The notes under the pieces: generated by a model
Databases searched by the model: none
Told to the model about the DNA's origin: nothing
What the model saw: only the letters and a program-made list of their open reading frames with translations
NCBI GenBank assembly: GCA_964016885.1
Contig: OZ024742.1
Location: forward strand, 290,346,001 to 290,410,000
From: Eledone cirrhosa
Lineage: Eukaryota
Reading direction: 5' to 3'
DNA: 64,000 nucleotides
Made by a program: the position numbers and the translations under genes
In this document: piece by piece, positions 11,930-24,686 of the stretch
Position numbering within the stretch: the stretch's first letter is position 1
How the letters are laid out: every line of letters starts with the position of its first letter

Positions 11930-14480
11930 ATAAATATCTAAAACCACGCAACCAAGATACAAACAGAAAGCCTGAACCAGCATGGATGCGTAATTTCAAA
12001 AACAAAATTTTGTCCCCGAGACAAAGTATTTCACAGATGACTGTAATTATAAAATGTAACAGAGTACAACTTCACCCGACATCAGGAAGATGTAAGAAAA
12101 ATACTAGAGAGGCGATTTGGAGTTTCAAATACCAGTTGAAACAACAACTCACAACTGCAGCAGAAAGATTAAAATATGTCAACAGCACATAAACGGCAAG
12201 TGCTAAATAGATTATTTGCCAGAGATCCTAAATCAGTTTATTGCAGCTTCAATGGGAAAAGCTCAATCTCTGTAAATGACACCCCTACAAAAGAACAGGT
12301 TGTGAGCTACTGGGGATCTGTATGGGAAACGAATGACGGATTTAACAAACAAACTAAATGGCTAAAAGAACTGGAACAGGAATACTGCCAGCATGTCCAG
12401 ACAAAACAATATGACATAGTTGGGTCAATACTGGACAGAGCTCTACAGAAAATGTTGAAGAGGAAATTACCAGGCCCAGACCTCATAACAGGATACTGGC
12501 TGAAAGATCTCACCATCTATCAGCAAGATCTCATATGGCTGTTTAGAGAAAGCATGAAAGGCACACAAGAACTAGTCCAATGGTTATCAACTGCCACTAC
12601 TCTCCTCATACCCCCAAAATAGCCAAACCACCCTTGCTAAAAATTACCACCCAATAGCCTGCCAGAACATCATGTATTATAAATTATACACTGGGTCATT
12701 GTGCCACCAACAACATTATAACACATGAGCAAGCTGGTGGAGAGAAGGAGGTGTGGGGCTGCAGAGATCCCCTACTAACAATAAAATGACACAGGAAAAA
12801 ACAGCAAAGAATCGCAGGAACATGATTGGTGTGTCTGGACTATGAGAAGGATTTTGATAGTGTATCTCATGGGTGAATTATTAAGGCTTTACAGTTAGAC
12901 AATGTCGTACAACTGGTCAGTTGAACAACTGACCAAAAACTGGTACACCAATTTGATCCTTAGGGGTGAATAGGAGCAAATTAATACACAACCAGAAAGG
13001 CATCTTTCAGGGTGATAGCTTATCAGTGCTGCTCTTCGTCCTCTCACTAAACCCACTATCATACCTGCTCACAAAAGAAAGTGGTCATAGAAGTGCACCC
13101 AGCAGTATCTCCCTTCTTTTCTTTGTTGATGACCTGAAGTTGTATGGGCCATACAACTATATCAAAAAACAATTGGAGCTCATTACACAATTTTCTGCAG
13201 ACATCAGAATGAAATTTGGTGAGTCCGAATGTCCATATTTGACAGTAAAACATGGAAGGGTTGTACCCTCCTCTGGAATTCTAGAGATGAACGGCTTGAC
13301 AATACAACCTCTACAGTCAGGTGACAACTACAGATATCTTGGACAGGATGAGAATGTCAGATATGATGGACCCATAAATCAGGAGAGAACCAGAACTGAA
13401 TAGCTCAGGGGAGTAAAGAAGATATGGTCATCAGAACTATCAACGTACAACAAATACATTGCTGACAATACTTATGCTGGAGATGGAGGTAAGCACTCGC
13501 AAGCTTCTCAGTGTTACTGGAAACTTTAACATCAATGGTGATGTGGATAGGCTATACTTCTCATGCAAGGAAGGTGGCCAGGGTCTAAAATCGATATTAA
13601 CATCATACGAGACACTGAAGCAACATCTTCAACAGAAGAAAAAGGTCAGCAACCATCTTGCTCAGGTTTATGAGCATGAACGAAATGATATCATTAGGAT
13701 AGCCACTGACCTGGAAGAGAGATATGGAATAAGGCCTGATATAAATCTCTCTCACAGAGAAATTGGAAGATCCTATTCAATGTTCAAACAATATTAAAAA
13801 AATGGACCAATTTACAGAGAAAGTTGTGCATAGGTACCTGAGACGAAAAACTCAAACCATAGAGAGGATAAATCATTCAAAAAGCCTGGCATGGAGTTCC
13901 AACAAGTTTATGACATCCCACCTTGAATACAAGAAGAAGAAATCCCTCCCAAATCTCTGCTACACAAAAGAGGAGGGCCATCAGTCGACAATACATGTAG
14001 GCTATGTAAATCAAAGATCGAAGACGTTAGCCAACTACGAAAGAATGTCGTCTCGCTACTACCTCCCTATGAGACACGATGTGATAGCTAGAACCATCTG
14101 GAATGCACTTAGGAAAACAAAATTAAAAACAAATGAGGAGCAATATACTGAGATAGATGGCACTAAAGAATACTGGTGGAATACTGAAAATAAAAGCTGC
14201 CACCAAATTAAAGCACAAACTGTCAGCCTGATATCGTTGTTTGGGACCACACATTGAAAGCGTGCTCTGTTGTAGATATCAGCTGCCTACTTGATGTCAA
14301 CGTCGTAAGAAAAATACAAGAGGAGGACATCTATGGACGATTGATAAGAAGTTTGCAGATCCAGTGTTCAAGATACATCTTCAGCTTCATACCCATTATT
14401 ATTGGAACTACAGGTTATATACCTGTAGCAAGGAATAGTTGGCACCTTCAAAATTTGCAAAACATTCTTCGCTATTCAAG
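11930..14480 (+). mobile_element. Degraded RLE-type non-LTR retrotransposon (R4/Dong-like)
   Basis: PGPDLITGYWLK, GIFQGDSLSVLLF, FVDDLKLY, RLYFSCKEGGQGL, CRLC knuckle start, RHDVIAR, a PD..D restriction-like endonuclease region and PIIIGTTG. Confidence 0.85.
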
Positions 14481-15488
14481 GGTTGACAATTTCTTTTCTT
14501 TTATAACCTTACCACCAGGAAGGTGGTCGGTCAAAATATACTCGAAATTAAAAGAAACATACATACATACGTAGGTATGTAGCAAAATCGTATCTGTATG
14601 TGTGGGTGGCTATTATTTCTTTTTATCTGGTCTATAGTAAATGATTACGTACCTTAATCACGAAATTTCATGCTACGTGAAAACAGTAGTTGGAGGAGGC
14701 ATTTCTAGGAAAACAGTGCTGTCGACATACATACGTACATACACACGTGTTTTTTCAAACCAATCAACAGGAACTTCATATTGACACATTGTATTCGAAA
14801 AACATATTTAAGTTTCAGTTTTGTCGTAGTTTTGGCGAGGTAAGTAAAGGACTTTATAATCTCTCTATTAATATCAATTACCCTATATACTCATACTTTT
14901 GTGGTGATAAGACTCCCCCCCTGAGAGCTGGACAGCAGAAGGTCTTCAGAGAAGAAACTGTATCATTCCTGTCATAAATTATCCTAAAAAATATATAAAC
15001 AAAATGTATATCTCATCTAAAAGTATTTTTGCTTTTTTCATTCACAGCGATGTACTTGCCTTGAAAGGTTTTTGATATGTAAACGTGTGTTGAAACAGAT
15101 ATTGTTATATTTGGAGAGGGTTATGCTCTTATAATATTGCTAGAAATATCTATCTATCTATCTAAGGCGGGTAAAATTCCCGAGATCCATGGATAGTCCT
15201 CTCCAGCTGTCTTTGTCCCTCATTATCGCTGCCATGTCCTGCATCTCCAACAGACCAGTGTCTGTCCTTAGGGCATCAACATACGTTAACCTTGGTCTTC
15301 CTCTTCTAGTGTGTCCATGTAGAAATATATAATGTGTATATCATGGCTCATGCACTGTTCATTTTCCTGATGTTTGTACATTACCCTATGTACTATACAT
15401 ACACTTTTTGATGAGTTGTAGTGCACCTGAGCACTGTACACAATATTTCATTATTATTATTATTATAATAAACTGCGTTAAAAGAAAT

Positions 15489-16228
15489 ATAGATTTATTT
15501 ATTGTTTTTTTTTTTTTTTTTCGATTTATTAGCCTTTTGGGGTCACACACACCCCGTAGAAAGTGTGCGACCTTTCTGCCATGGAGCACAGAGAGAGGGG
15601 GGGGGTGCTCCCTTCTTCTCTTACCTGTACAAGCCGATATAGAGAGATGGCCCACTTACACGGGCCATTATTGCTACTTTCACCCATCTTTCATGGAATT
15701 GGCTGGGACTGAGTGCCTTTCTCTCCACCTTGATCCTTCTTTCGAAGTGGTATCGGAAGAAGAGGACCATTTGTTGGCCGGCGACATATCCCCACAAATC
15801 GGCAAAAAAACAAACAAACAAACAAAAACGTGGCAAATAAAGAAATCTATGGGCGATATCCAATTTTAGCGGCCTAAATGCCACTTACTTGCTGTAGTTG
15901 CTGCTTACTTCAATGTATGAGGCTATTCCAACAAATTTACATTCCCAGAACGAGGAAACTGTGAGGATATGTCGCCGGCCAACAAATGGTTTGTACAGGT
16001 AAGAGAAGAAGGGAGCAACCCCCTCTCTCTGTGCTCCCTGGCAGAAAGGTCGCACACTTTCTACGGGGGTGTGTGTGACCCCAAAAGGCTAATAAATCGC
16101 AAAAAAACAAACAAACAAAAACGTGGCAAATAAAGGAATCTATGCCCCAGTGGCAAATAAATCACATTGAAGTAAGCAGCAACTGCAGCAAGTAAGCGGC
16201 ATTTAGGCCGCTAAAATTGGATATCGCC
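15489..16228. repeat. Mosaic of interleaved inverted and direct repeats (MITE-like)
   Basis: Inverted pairs 15522-15632/15991-16099, 15766-15791/15965-15990 and 15852-15916/16164-16228; direct pair 15803-15851/16100-16144. Confidence 0.88.
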
Positions 16229-16291
16229 GAAACAATTATTATAACAACGTGACCCTCCCCAAGTATAACAATATTTTTATTCACAGTTGTA

Positions 16292-16885
16292 TAAATAACA
16301 TTACAAATTGTTCACAATTTCAGGATGGAAACATAAATATAAACACATATAATAAATACAATTAACTATTGCTATGAACCTTACAAATACAACTCATCAA
16401 AATATACGATGAAAGCGAGAGAAAAAAGGAAAACAAAAACGACCAGCAAGTGCGACAATCGGCCGCACATCACAAGTGCCAAAGAAAATTTTTTTTACTT
16501 CCCAGTTCTTCGGGGACAACATCATTTGTGATTCCTAATATTATCCCGGACATAAATATAAAAAATAAAAAAAACTATCTTTTATTATATCGAAATAAAC
16601 GGTGTTCATGAAATTACATTTTCCTACGAAGTAATATACTGAAAAGTGTTTTGGTGTATAGAAACATCGACATAAGTAATTCATTGTTTCGTTTTTTTCG
16701 ATCATGAAAGTTTTTATTAAGTTTTAAATATATACGTAAATAACATTACAAATTGTTTGCAATTCTTTTCGAATGAAAATATAAACACAAATAACAAATA
16801 CAATTAACTATTACTAGGAACCTTACAAATACAACGCACCAAAATATATGACCTGAGCTAGAGGGGAAAAAAAGGAAAACAAAAT
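16292..16885. repeat. Diverged direct repeat pair of about 150 bp
   Basis: TAAATAACATTACAAATTGTT...GAACCTTACAAATACAAC...AAAAAAGGAAAACAAAA at about 16292-16439 and 16737-16884. Confidence 0.75.
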
Positions 16886-17242
16886 CTAAAACAACCATCA
16901 ATTCACAATCAATCGGCCTTTTGTTCATTTAGGCTTCTACTTCCTGATACGATGTTAGATTGTGGTATGAAATTCAACCCCGTGAAAGTACTATCCATGT
17001 AGTGGTCTAAAAACTTTCGACTTTTACATTACGTTTATTTTTAACTATCACTACCACTTTATAGGCGTTACAAAAAAATCTCTCGAATTCAAGTCCACCT
17101 AGGATTCACTATTTCAGTGGGACTGGTAACTTACGTACCAGTTATTTACTTTGGTCGATTTAAAGAACTATATTTAACTGTCTTTATTATCAATATATTA
17201 GGGGTAGCTACTTTGGTGTTTGAAATAATGTTGGCTTTTTTC

Positions 17243-17304
17243 TTTCATTTCCGTGTTCTGAAAGTGAAATTATTTTTCAAAGAAAAATCACTTTCATTTT
17301 CACT
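17243..17304. promoter_or_regulatory. Cluster of IRF-binding (ISRE/EICE-like) motifs; candidate promoter of the second gene
   Basis: GGAAATGAAA (minus, 17243-17252), GAAAGTGAAA (plus, 17260-17269) and AGTGAAAATGAAAGT (minus, 17290-17304) lie within 62 bp. Strong donors GTAAGT follow at 17379 and 17464. Confidence 0.45.
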
Positions 17305-17729
17305 ACAACGCTATTAGTTGTTAGTCGAAAGCAGCCGATGAAAGCAAAACATCGTTTATTTCCGTATTAATACCACGCGTAAGTGGAGTTACTGAAATGA
17401 AAAAAAAATTTTTTTTCACGCGTTTTTTTTTTATTTATTTATTTTTTATTAAAGCATATAGATGTAAGTGGAGTTACTTTTCAACTCTCCTCGTCCGACG
17501 GGGAGATTTGCAATGGCTTTTGTGAAAATGGGTATAGCTTCCATTATGCAAAACTCCCGATTTTTTTCATGGTACTCCCCCGTTTGTATTTTTAGAGGAT
17601 GGTAGGTCTGGAATGAATATATACAAATAATTATTGTTAGGAACCTTATACCTGGTCCCGACCTCCTTATCCTCCAATGCTTCCCACTCTATACTGGAAG
17701 GCAGGAGGCTGAATTCAGTGCAAACATTT

Positions 17730-18022
17730 CAGGAGCTGGTGCAGTAATGCGCCAGCTTGAGCATTCGGTAATCAGAAGGAGGTATGTGTAAAGCCAAACA
17801 TGCTATCTTCAATTTGGTATTTGTGCCAAACTCTTACCTATGGTCAGCAATCTTGGGTAATGACCAAAAGAATATGATCGCGAATACCAGAAACCGAAAT
17901 AGGATTCCAATGTAGGTTCTTTGGAGTAATTACTCGATAAAGTCTGTAACTTGGAGACCAGAGAGTCCCTCCAGGTAGAACGGCTACTTCTCCGAATTGA
18001 GAGATCACAGCTTCGATACTAT
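17730..18022 (+). mobile_element. Old RTE LINE 3' fragment, split by the Gypsy insertion and resuming at 23119
   Basis: LLLRIERSQLRY|YGHVVRMSQE reads through once 18023-23118 and one CTAT copy are removed. Confidence 0.8.
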
Positions 18023-18420
18023 TTTAGAATGGGTAGTATTAGTAAACATATTTGTGTTACAATTGTACGAAGAATAAGAATAGCAGTGTGTGTTTATACT
18101 GGTTTACTTCATAGAAGTGAATAATGAAACGTACATATATTTTACCATTCATTGTGAGGAGGCTGGAGTCTCCTTAGGCTGTTGGTGAGTTGAGGATTTG
18201 CCCTGCATTCTGGCGTGTTGTTAACGAGACTGCTGCAAAGCGTCAAAGAGAGAGAGTTGATCTTTCAGCCTCTTACTTATAGTGGCCAAGAGGACGTAAC
18301 TCCTTTTACCTCCTGTAGGTGACACCAGGGGTCACTACCGTCACAAAGGGACGCAACTCTTATTTTAGTTCTGATCCCCCCCCCCCGCGACCCCCGCCGC
18401 AAGGGGGTGGAGGCGCTACA
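18023..18420 (-). repeat. 3' LTR of the Gypsy element
   Basis: Near-identical direct repeat of 22691-23118, adjacent to the PPT. Confidence 0.95.
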
Positions 18421-18833
18421 GTACCCTCCTCCAGACGATAGGCGAAAAGCCCGAAGGTAAGTAGCGAATCCACAAGCATGGGATCCAAGCACAGGCATGA
18501 AAGAGTAACAAAAATTCAAAAAGTACATGCATACATAGTTCAATAAAAATGCTCCAGTGGCCAGTTCATATAAAATAAAGTTTGGCAGAATTTTGTTGGG
18601 CCAGTGGCCAGTTCATATGAAAAAAAGTTTGGCAGAATTTTTTGGGCCAGTGGACTCTTCGACCGGAATTGGTTGTGGTCTTGTATGTAGGTGAAGGTGG
18701 GTCAGAAGAAGCAGGTGTGTGTGCGAAGGAGAAAGATTTGTGGCTCAAGTGTGTGAGTATCTGTGTGGGCACTCTTAAGTCTATCGATAGAAACCGTCTC
18801 TCTGGAACCCCCAATGTCTACTGTAAATGTTTA

Positions 18834-21800
18834 TCAATTTGGGCTAATACACGGTAGGGTCCAGAGTACGGCTGTGTGAGAGGAGGTCTCACAGCATCGT
18901 TCCTCACGAACACGTGGGTCCACGAGGCAATATCCCTCCGGACTGCAGTTTTTACAGTTTGTTTCCTCGTGTCCATCGGCGGCAGGTCTTGGAAATACGA
19001 ACGCAGACGGGACATCTTGTGCAGCAAGATCGACAGGGGCAAGCATTTGCCCAGGCAACACTAGAGGAGCACCATACAATAATTCGGCCAGGAAGAAGCC
19101 AAGGTCCACCTTTATTGATGACCGGATTCCCAACAACACAATAGGGAGGTACTTGCTCCAACACGTAGAGTCAGAAGAAGTCCGTAGAGCGGCTTTTAGT
19201 TGTCGGTCGAAACGCTCCACCATTATATTAGATGCAGGATGATATAAAGTTGTTCGGATGCGTTTAGCACCCATGATCTTCGTTAATTCATAGAAGAGAT
19301 TCGATTCAAACTGCCTTCCACGGTCCATTGTAATCGTGGTTGGCACTCCAAAGCGGGCAATCCATCCTGATACTAGGGCACGCGCTGTCGTTTCAGCAGT
19401 GATGTCTTTCAAGGGGATGGCTTCAAGCCATCGCGAAAAACGATCAATAACAGTCGATAGATAAGTATGACCACCACTGACTGCCCAAGGTCCCATGATG
19501 TCCACATGAATGTGTCGGAAACGGGCGTCCGGTGTACTGAAAGTACCGAGCAGAGCCTTAACGTGTTTATGGATTTTTGATTTCTGGCAAGCGATGCAGG
19601 AACAGCACCAAGCATTAATATTGCGCCTCATATTTGGCCAGAAGAATCTAGCTGTTATGAGCTTTACTGTGGCAGAAGATCCTGGGTGGGAAATGCTGTG
19701 TAAAGCAAGAAACACAGTACGACGATGGTTTAGCGGGACGAATGGTCTCGGTGAATCCAAGGAAACATCGCAGAGAATCTGTCCATCTGCAGTGGGCAAT
19801 GGCGGGTATTTCAAATTACTCGTCGCAAATTCGGCTGATGTAATATCCAACGATTCCAGTGCAGGTTGGTCTTCTGCCAAGTGATTTAAATCGATGTCGT
19901 GGGATGACGCAATCGAACTGATCGGCAATCGAGACAGGGCGTCAGCCGCTGTGTTCAATGAGATTGGAATGTGTTGGATGTCATTTGTGAATTGTGAGAT
20001 TCAGGTTTCAACTTCCTGGAGAAAAATTTCAATGGTTGTTGGTGATCGTCAGTACTCTGTTGTAAGACTGCAGTATCCGACACATCAACACAAAGCGAAA
20101 GCTTGGCATTGGACACTGGGTGGGCCAGCAAAGATGCACTAGCCAATGCTGATTTGGCTTTTTGAAAATCCTCGAGCTGAGTCTGAGTCAAAGAGATTTC
20201 CTTGTTCTTCTTGCGGCAATTTTTCAGAATCTCAGTAAGAGAGAAGAGTAGATTAGCACAATGCGGAACAAAACGTCTATAGAAATTTATCAGTCCTAGG
20301 AACTGTCGCAACTGACGAAGTGAGGTCGGCAGAGGCAAATCCTCTATAGCCTGAACTCGTTGAGGGAGGGGTCGAATACCCTCGGAGTCAATGACATGAC
20401 CTAAAAAATTCAGTGATTCCGCACCGAAAACACATTTTGTGGGATTTATTTGAACACTGAAATCCTTGAGTCGACAAAACAAAAGATTCAAATGACGTAT
20501 GTGTTCTTCTCTGGAGGAACTAGCAATAAGCAGATCATCAATATAAGTGTAGACGAAGTCTAAACCATGAGTGACCTCATCCATGAACCGTTGAAAGGTG
20601 CTAGCAGCATTCCTAAGTCCGAAAGGCATGGTAAGAAATTCGAATGATCCAAATGGAGTCGTAATGGCCGTTTTCGGAATATCTTCTTTCTTGACAGGAA
20701 TCTGATGATAAGCTCGCACCAAATCGAGCTTTGAGAAAACTTTACATCCCTGCAACAACGATGCAAAATCTTGCAAAATAGGATATCTATCCGGGACAGT
20801 TATAGCATTTAACTTCCTATAATGCCCAGTGGGTCTCCAGTTGCCAGAAGTCTTGGGTACCATGTGTAACAGAGAAGCCCAAGGGCTCATAGACGGGCGA
20901 ATTATGCCTAGCTGTAGCATATGATAAAACTCGGACTGTGCTGCCTTCAATTTGTCCGCAGGCAAGCGACGAGGACGGGAAAACACTGGAGCACCAGTAG
21001 TGGAGACGAAATGTACGGTTGAGTGAGTCGGTTCGATAACTCGAAAATTTCCCTGAGTAAGCTGTGGGAAAGAATTCAACAATGCATGATAGGCATTCCC
21101 AGCATTAGCGATGAAGAAGGTCGGGCTAACCGTTGAAAAATTAGCTTTCTGGCCACGAAGAGAAAAACCAGTAATGCCATCTATTAAACGTCGGCCACGG
21201 ACGTCTACCGTCAATGCAAAATAGTGTAGAAAATCCGCTCCCAAGATCGGATATGGTAGGTCAGCAACCGTAAAAATCCATTTGAATTCTCGTCGAAGAT
21301 TTCTGAATTGCAGAGGAAGCGAGATTTGTCTAAAAATTTGTATCGGCGAATGATTGACAGCTTGTAGATTAATTGATGACTCAGGAGTTTAACACAGTTC
21401 ACTGGCCAAATGCTGCAGGAGGCTCCCGTATCTACGAGGAAAGGTCTGATGGACAGGAGGTGCTCAATAAAGAAGTGGCGGTTTGGGTTTGTAGCACAGA
21501 GATCAGCTGCCGCCTTCAGTGACTCTGGTTTGCGTTTCCGGAAGTTGAATAGTTACACGGTGGTCAACAGTGTTTTGCTTTATCAGCGAAGGTGGCATGA
21601 TACCAGCAAAAAGACGAATTGCTGGCGGGTGAGCTGGCATTACGGCGTGAAGTCACGAAGGAACGCGAACGACCTCTTGGCCGCGTGGGAGATGGCCTAC
21701 TCTGCCTACATAATTTTGTGACTTGACGCGTCAATGCATCAATCGCCTTCAACATGGCATTCTCATGTGTCGAGACTGGCTGGTTCAGAAAGGTCGAAGA

Positions 21801-22310
21801 GGCAACACGCAAGTCCGACGAGGTAGTTTTCCTAGAGAATTCCACAATTCGATCGGCAGACGCAGCGATCTGCTCCACCGAGCTTGAGTCCACTATGTTA
21901 GCCAATATAAACTGGACATTGTTTGGCAAGCGAGAGAAAAATAGCTTTTTGATAAATGAACTATCCTCATCGGGCGATTCACTGAGGTCCCGAATGTGGC
22001 GTAAAAATTCGGACGGCGACCTGGCACCTAAACACTCGTCCTCCAATAATGCACGAAACCTGCTTTCAGCAGAATGGCAGTTTCTCCTTAATATTTCCGT
22101 CCTCAACGAATCATACAAAGTACCGGTTGGCTAGTCCGTTATTAAATCTTTCACCGTGGTGTCAAGCGGCGAAGGTATGCCACTAATCAAAACATTGAGT
22201 TTCTGCTCTGTTTTGATTCCATTTGCAGCAAAATATGCATCCAGTTGCGCAAACCAGAGCCTGGGATCACCGGAGAATGCAGGTAAATGAGGACTACTCA
22301 TCATTAGCAT
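18834..22310 (-). pseudogene. gag-pol pseudogene of the Gypsy element
   Basis: Gag PRLWFAQ... with CHCC knuckle CWYHATFADKAKHC, protease [27 protein letters not shown], truncated RNase H, integrase HHCC plus D-D-E (HVDIMG, MDRGRQF, VERF) and a GPY motif. Several stops and frameshifts. Confidence 0.93.
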
Positions 22311-22690
22311 GTATCAGTTCCACATAAAAATACTAAATGATATCCAAGTAAAGAAATGCAACGCGTGTTAGATGTTTGGAACAACGGGAAAACAACACAA
22401 ATTTCCCTCAGCATCCATGAAGAAAGAAAAATATCTGGTGAATTTGCAAAATCCGGAATCTTCAAGGCAGAAAAATTATGTTTTTTTTTTTTTTAAAATT
22501 GGAGAAGGAGATCGCATCACATGATGTGTCTCAGCCAATCAGATGGCTGCATGTCGGAGAAGAAAGACAAATGGCGGAAAAATTGGCAGACAAGTCAGCC
22601 ATTGCTCAACAATGTTAAATAATTCAATGGGGTTACCCATATAGCAGAAGTTTTTAGAAGGCTGTGTAATCCATAATTGGGGTCAACCAC

Positions 22691-23118
22691 TTTAGAATGG
22701 GTGGTATTAGTAAACATATTTGTGTTACAATTGTACGAAGAATAAGAATAGCAGTGTGTGTTTATACTGGTTTACTTCATAGAAGTGAATTATTTATACT
22801 GTTATATTTATACTGGTTTACTTCATAGAAGTGAATAATGAAACGTACATATATTTTACCATTCATTGTGAGGAGGCTGGAGTCTCCTTAGGCTGTTGGT
22901 GAGTTGAGGATTTGGTCTGCATTCTGGCGTGTTGTTAACGAGACTGCTGCAAAGCGTCAAAGAGAGAGAGTTGATCTTTCAGCCTCTTACTTATAGTGGC
23001 CAAGAGGACGTAACTTCTTTTACCTCCTGTAGGTGACACCAGGGGTCACTACCGTCACAAAGAGACGCAACTCTTATTTTAGTTCTGATGTCCCCCGCAA
23101 GGGGATGGGGGCGCTACA
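22691..23118 (-). repeat. 5' LTR of the Gypsy element
   Basis: Starts TGTAGCGC on the minus strand, is adjacent to the PBS, and carries an internal duplication absent from the 3' LTR. Confidence 0.95.
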
Positions 23119-24656
23119 CTATGGGCATGTAGTTAGAATGTCTCAGGAAATAATCGCTGAGTAAGAATAGGATGGAGAAAGTTCAGCTACTACTGCTGTT
23201 AGCTACAAAAGGTTATGCAGCTGAACCTCACAAAAGAGATGACCCAGGATCAAGAAAACTGCTGATATTCTGTAATACAGGGAATTTGCCTTCCCATGCA
23301 CAATGAGGATGCCCCCCCCCCCACCTGCCAATATGCTTTGTACTACTCCACTTCCATCTACCTCCCTCCACCCTCTCACCTGCCAGTATTCTCATGAATT
23401 CCCTACCAGCATGCCCCTGATTGTCTTTTCCTCACTCTAAACCTGAAGAAGCTGAGAGATGGAACATCTATCAGGTCCTCGCTTGCTTTTATACTCCTGC
23501 CTTCCTCGCCCAACCCATACTAGCAGGGAAAGCTAGGACAAACCTGGATTGATTCACCTTGCCTGCTGAACCCTTGTGCCTCTGACACCCAACCCAGGAA
23601 TGCCAGACACAACCCACCACATAATCTGGCGCACCCCCTCCCTCATCTCACTGCAAGCAGCATAAAAACACCCTCTTTTAGGCCATCAAGGGAAGCCAAG
23701 CACACCTCACAATATCTCAGATACCATCCACTTGGTTCAAGGCCACCTCTATGACCCAACCCCCACATGGCAATGCAATATTTTGATTCTTGCCCCAACT
23801 CCCAGCAAAGCCAATGGCACTGAGTTTCATAGTGCTATAACGAGGTAGTTCTGGTGCCACGACAAAAGCACCCAGTCCTCCCTGCAAGATGGTCGTGTCA
23901 GGGTCATGATAAAATGCTCCTAGTACATGCTGTTAAGTGATTGGTACTTGGAAGGGCATCCAGCTAGAAAAATCATGCTCCCAGTAGATACGGAAAAGTG
24001 GTTGGTGTTTGGAAGGATATCCAGCCATAGAAACCAAGCCAAAACAAAGTGTACTAGTAGGACCTTGTCACCTGACCAGTCTAGCCTCAGCATGTGACAG
24101 CTGTCTAACCCATGCAAGCATGGAAAAAAGATGTTAAATGGTGATGATGATATATATATCATCATCATCATCATCATTTTATGTTCACTTTTCCATGCTG
24201 CATGGTTTGGACAAGTATTTTCTAGCACAGCATCCCTCCACTCATCGCAGTCTTTTGTCATCTCTTCTTTGAGCTTCAGTGATTTGAGATCAGGTCTCAC
24301 TCCACTTCTGCTCTATGGAATGTATGGGAAAGATGAGATTGCTCCCAGCTATCTGGTCTTGGATAATGACAACACATCCAACCCATGTAAGCATGGTTGT
24401 AAATTGGATGCAAAAATGATATTGATGATGATGATGGATCCTACCAGGTACACATTTCATCTTAGATGGTTGGGCTTCATATGTAGGATAAGGAATTGTA
24501 ACATATACAACATTACCACAGGTAATCATGAGGCGTTAATTGTGGATTACAGAGTCCTCATCTCTTCTCAATTTTTTTCATTTGGAGTTACTGATCTCCT
24601 CATATTTTTATGTATTAGAGACATTTTAATCACTAATATTTTTCTTTTCCTTTCAG

Positions 24657-24686
24657 CGTGTTAAGTTGATGACATGGACCAATGTG
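24657..24686 (+). CDS. Probable first coding mini-exon of a second PARP14/NMI-like gene (ATG at 24674, MDQC)
   Basis: Strong acceptor tttttcttttcctttcAG and phase-1 donor G|GTATGT. Splices in frame to 28506 (G+AT=Asp). Confidence 0.6.

Larger units (their letters stand above)
18023..23118 (-). mobile_element. Ty3/Gypsy LTR retrotransposon, CsRn1/Kabuki/Boudicca-like, defective
   Basis: LTRs at 18023-18420 and 22691-23118, CTAT TSD (18019-18022, 23119-23122), tRNA-Trp-like PBS TGGTTGACCCC just inside the 5' LTR, PPT GGAGGAGGG before the 3' LTR, domain order gag-PR-RT-RH-IN. Confidence 0.96.

Noticed and set aside
17590-17607. Micro-exon tttttAG|AGGATG|GTAGGT
   Set aside because: Splicing its ATG to 24657 gives a stop within a few codons; no other support.
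23440-23490. CTGAAGAAG as another hammerhead
   Set aside because: No helix II closure or GAAA box found downstream.
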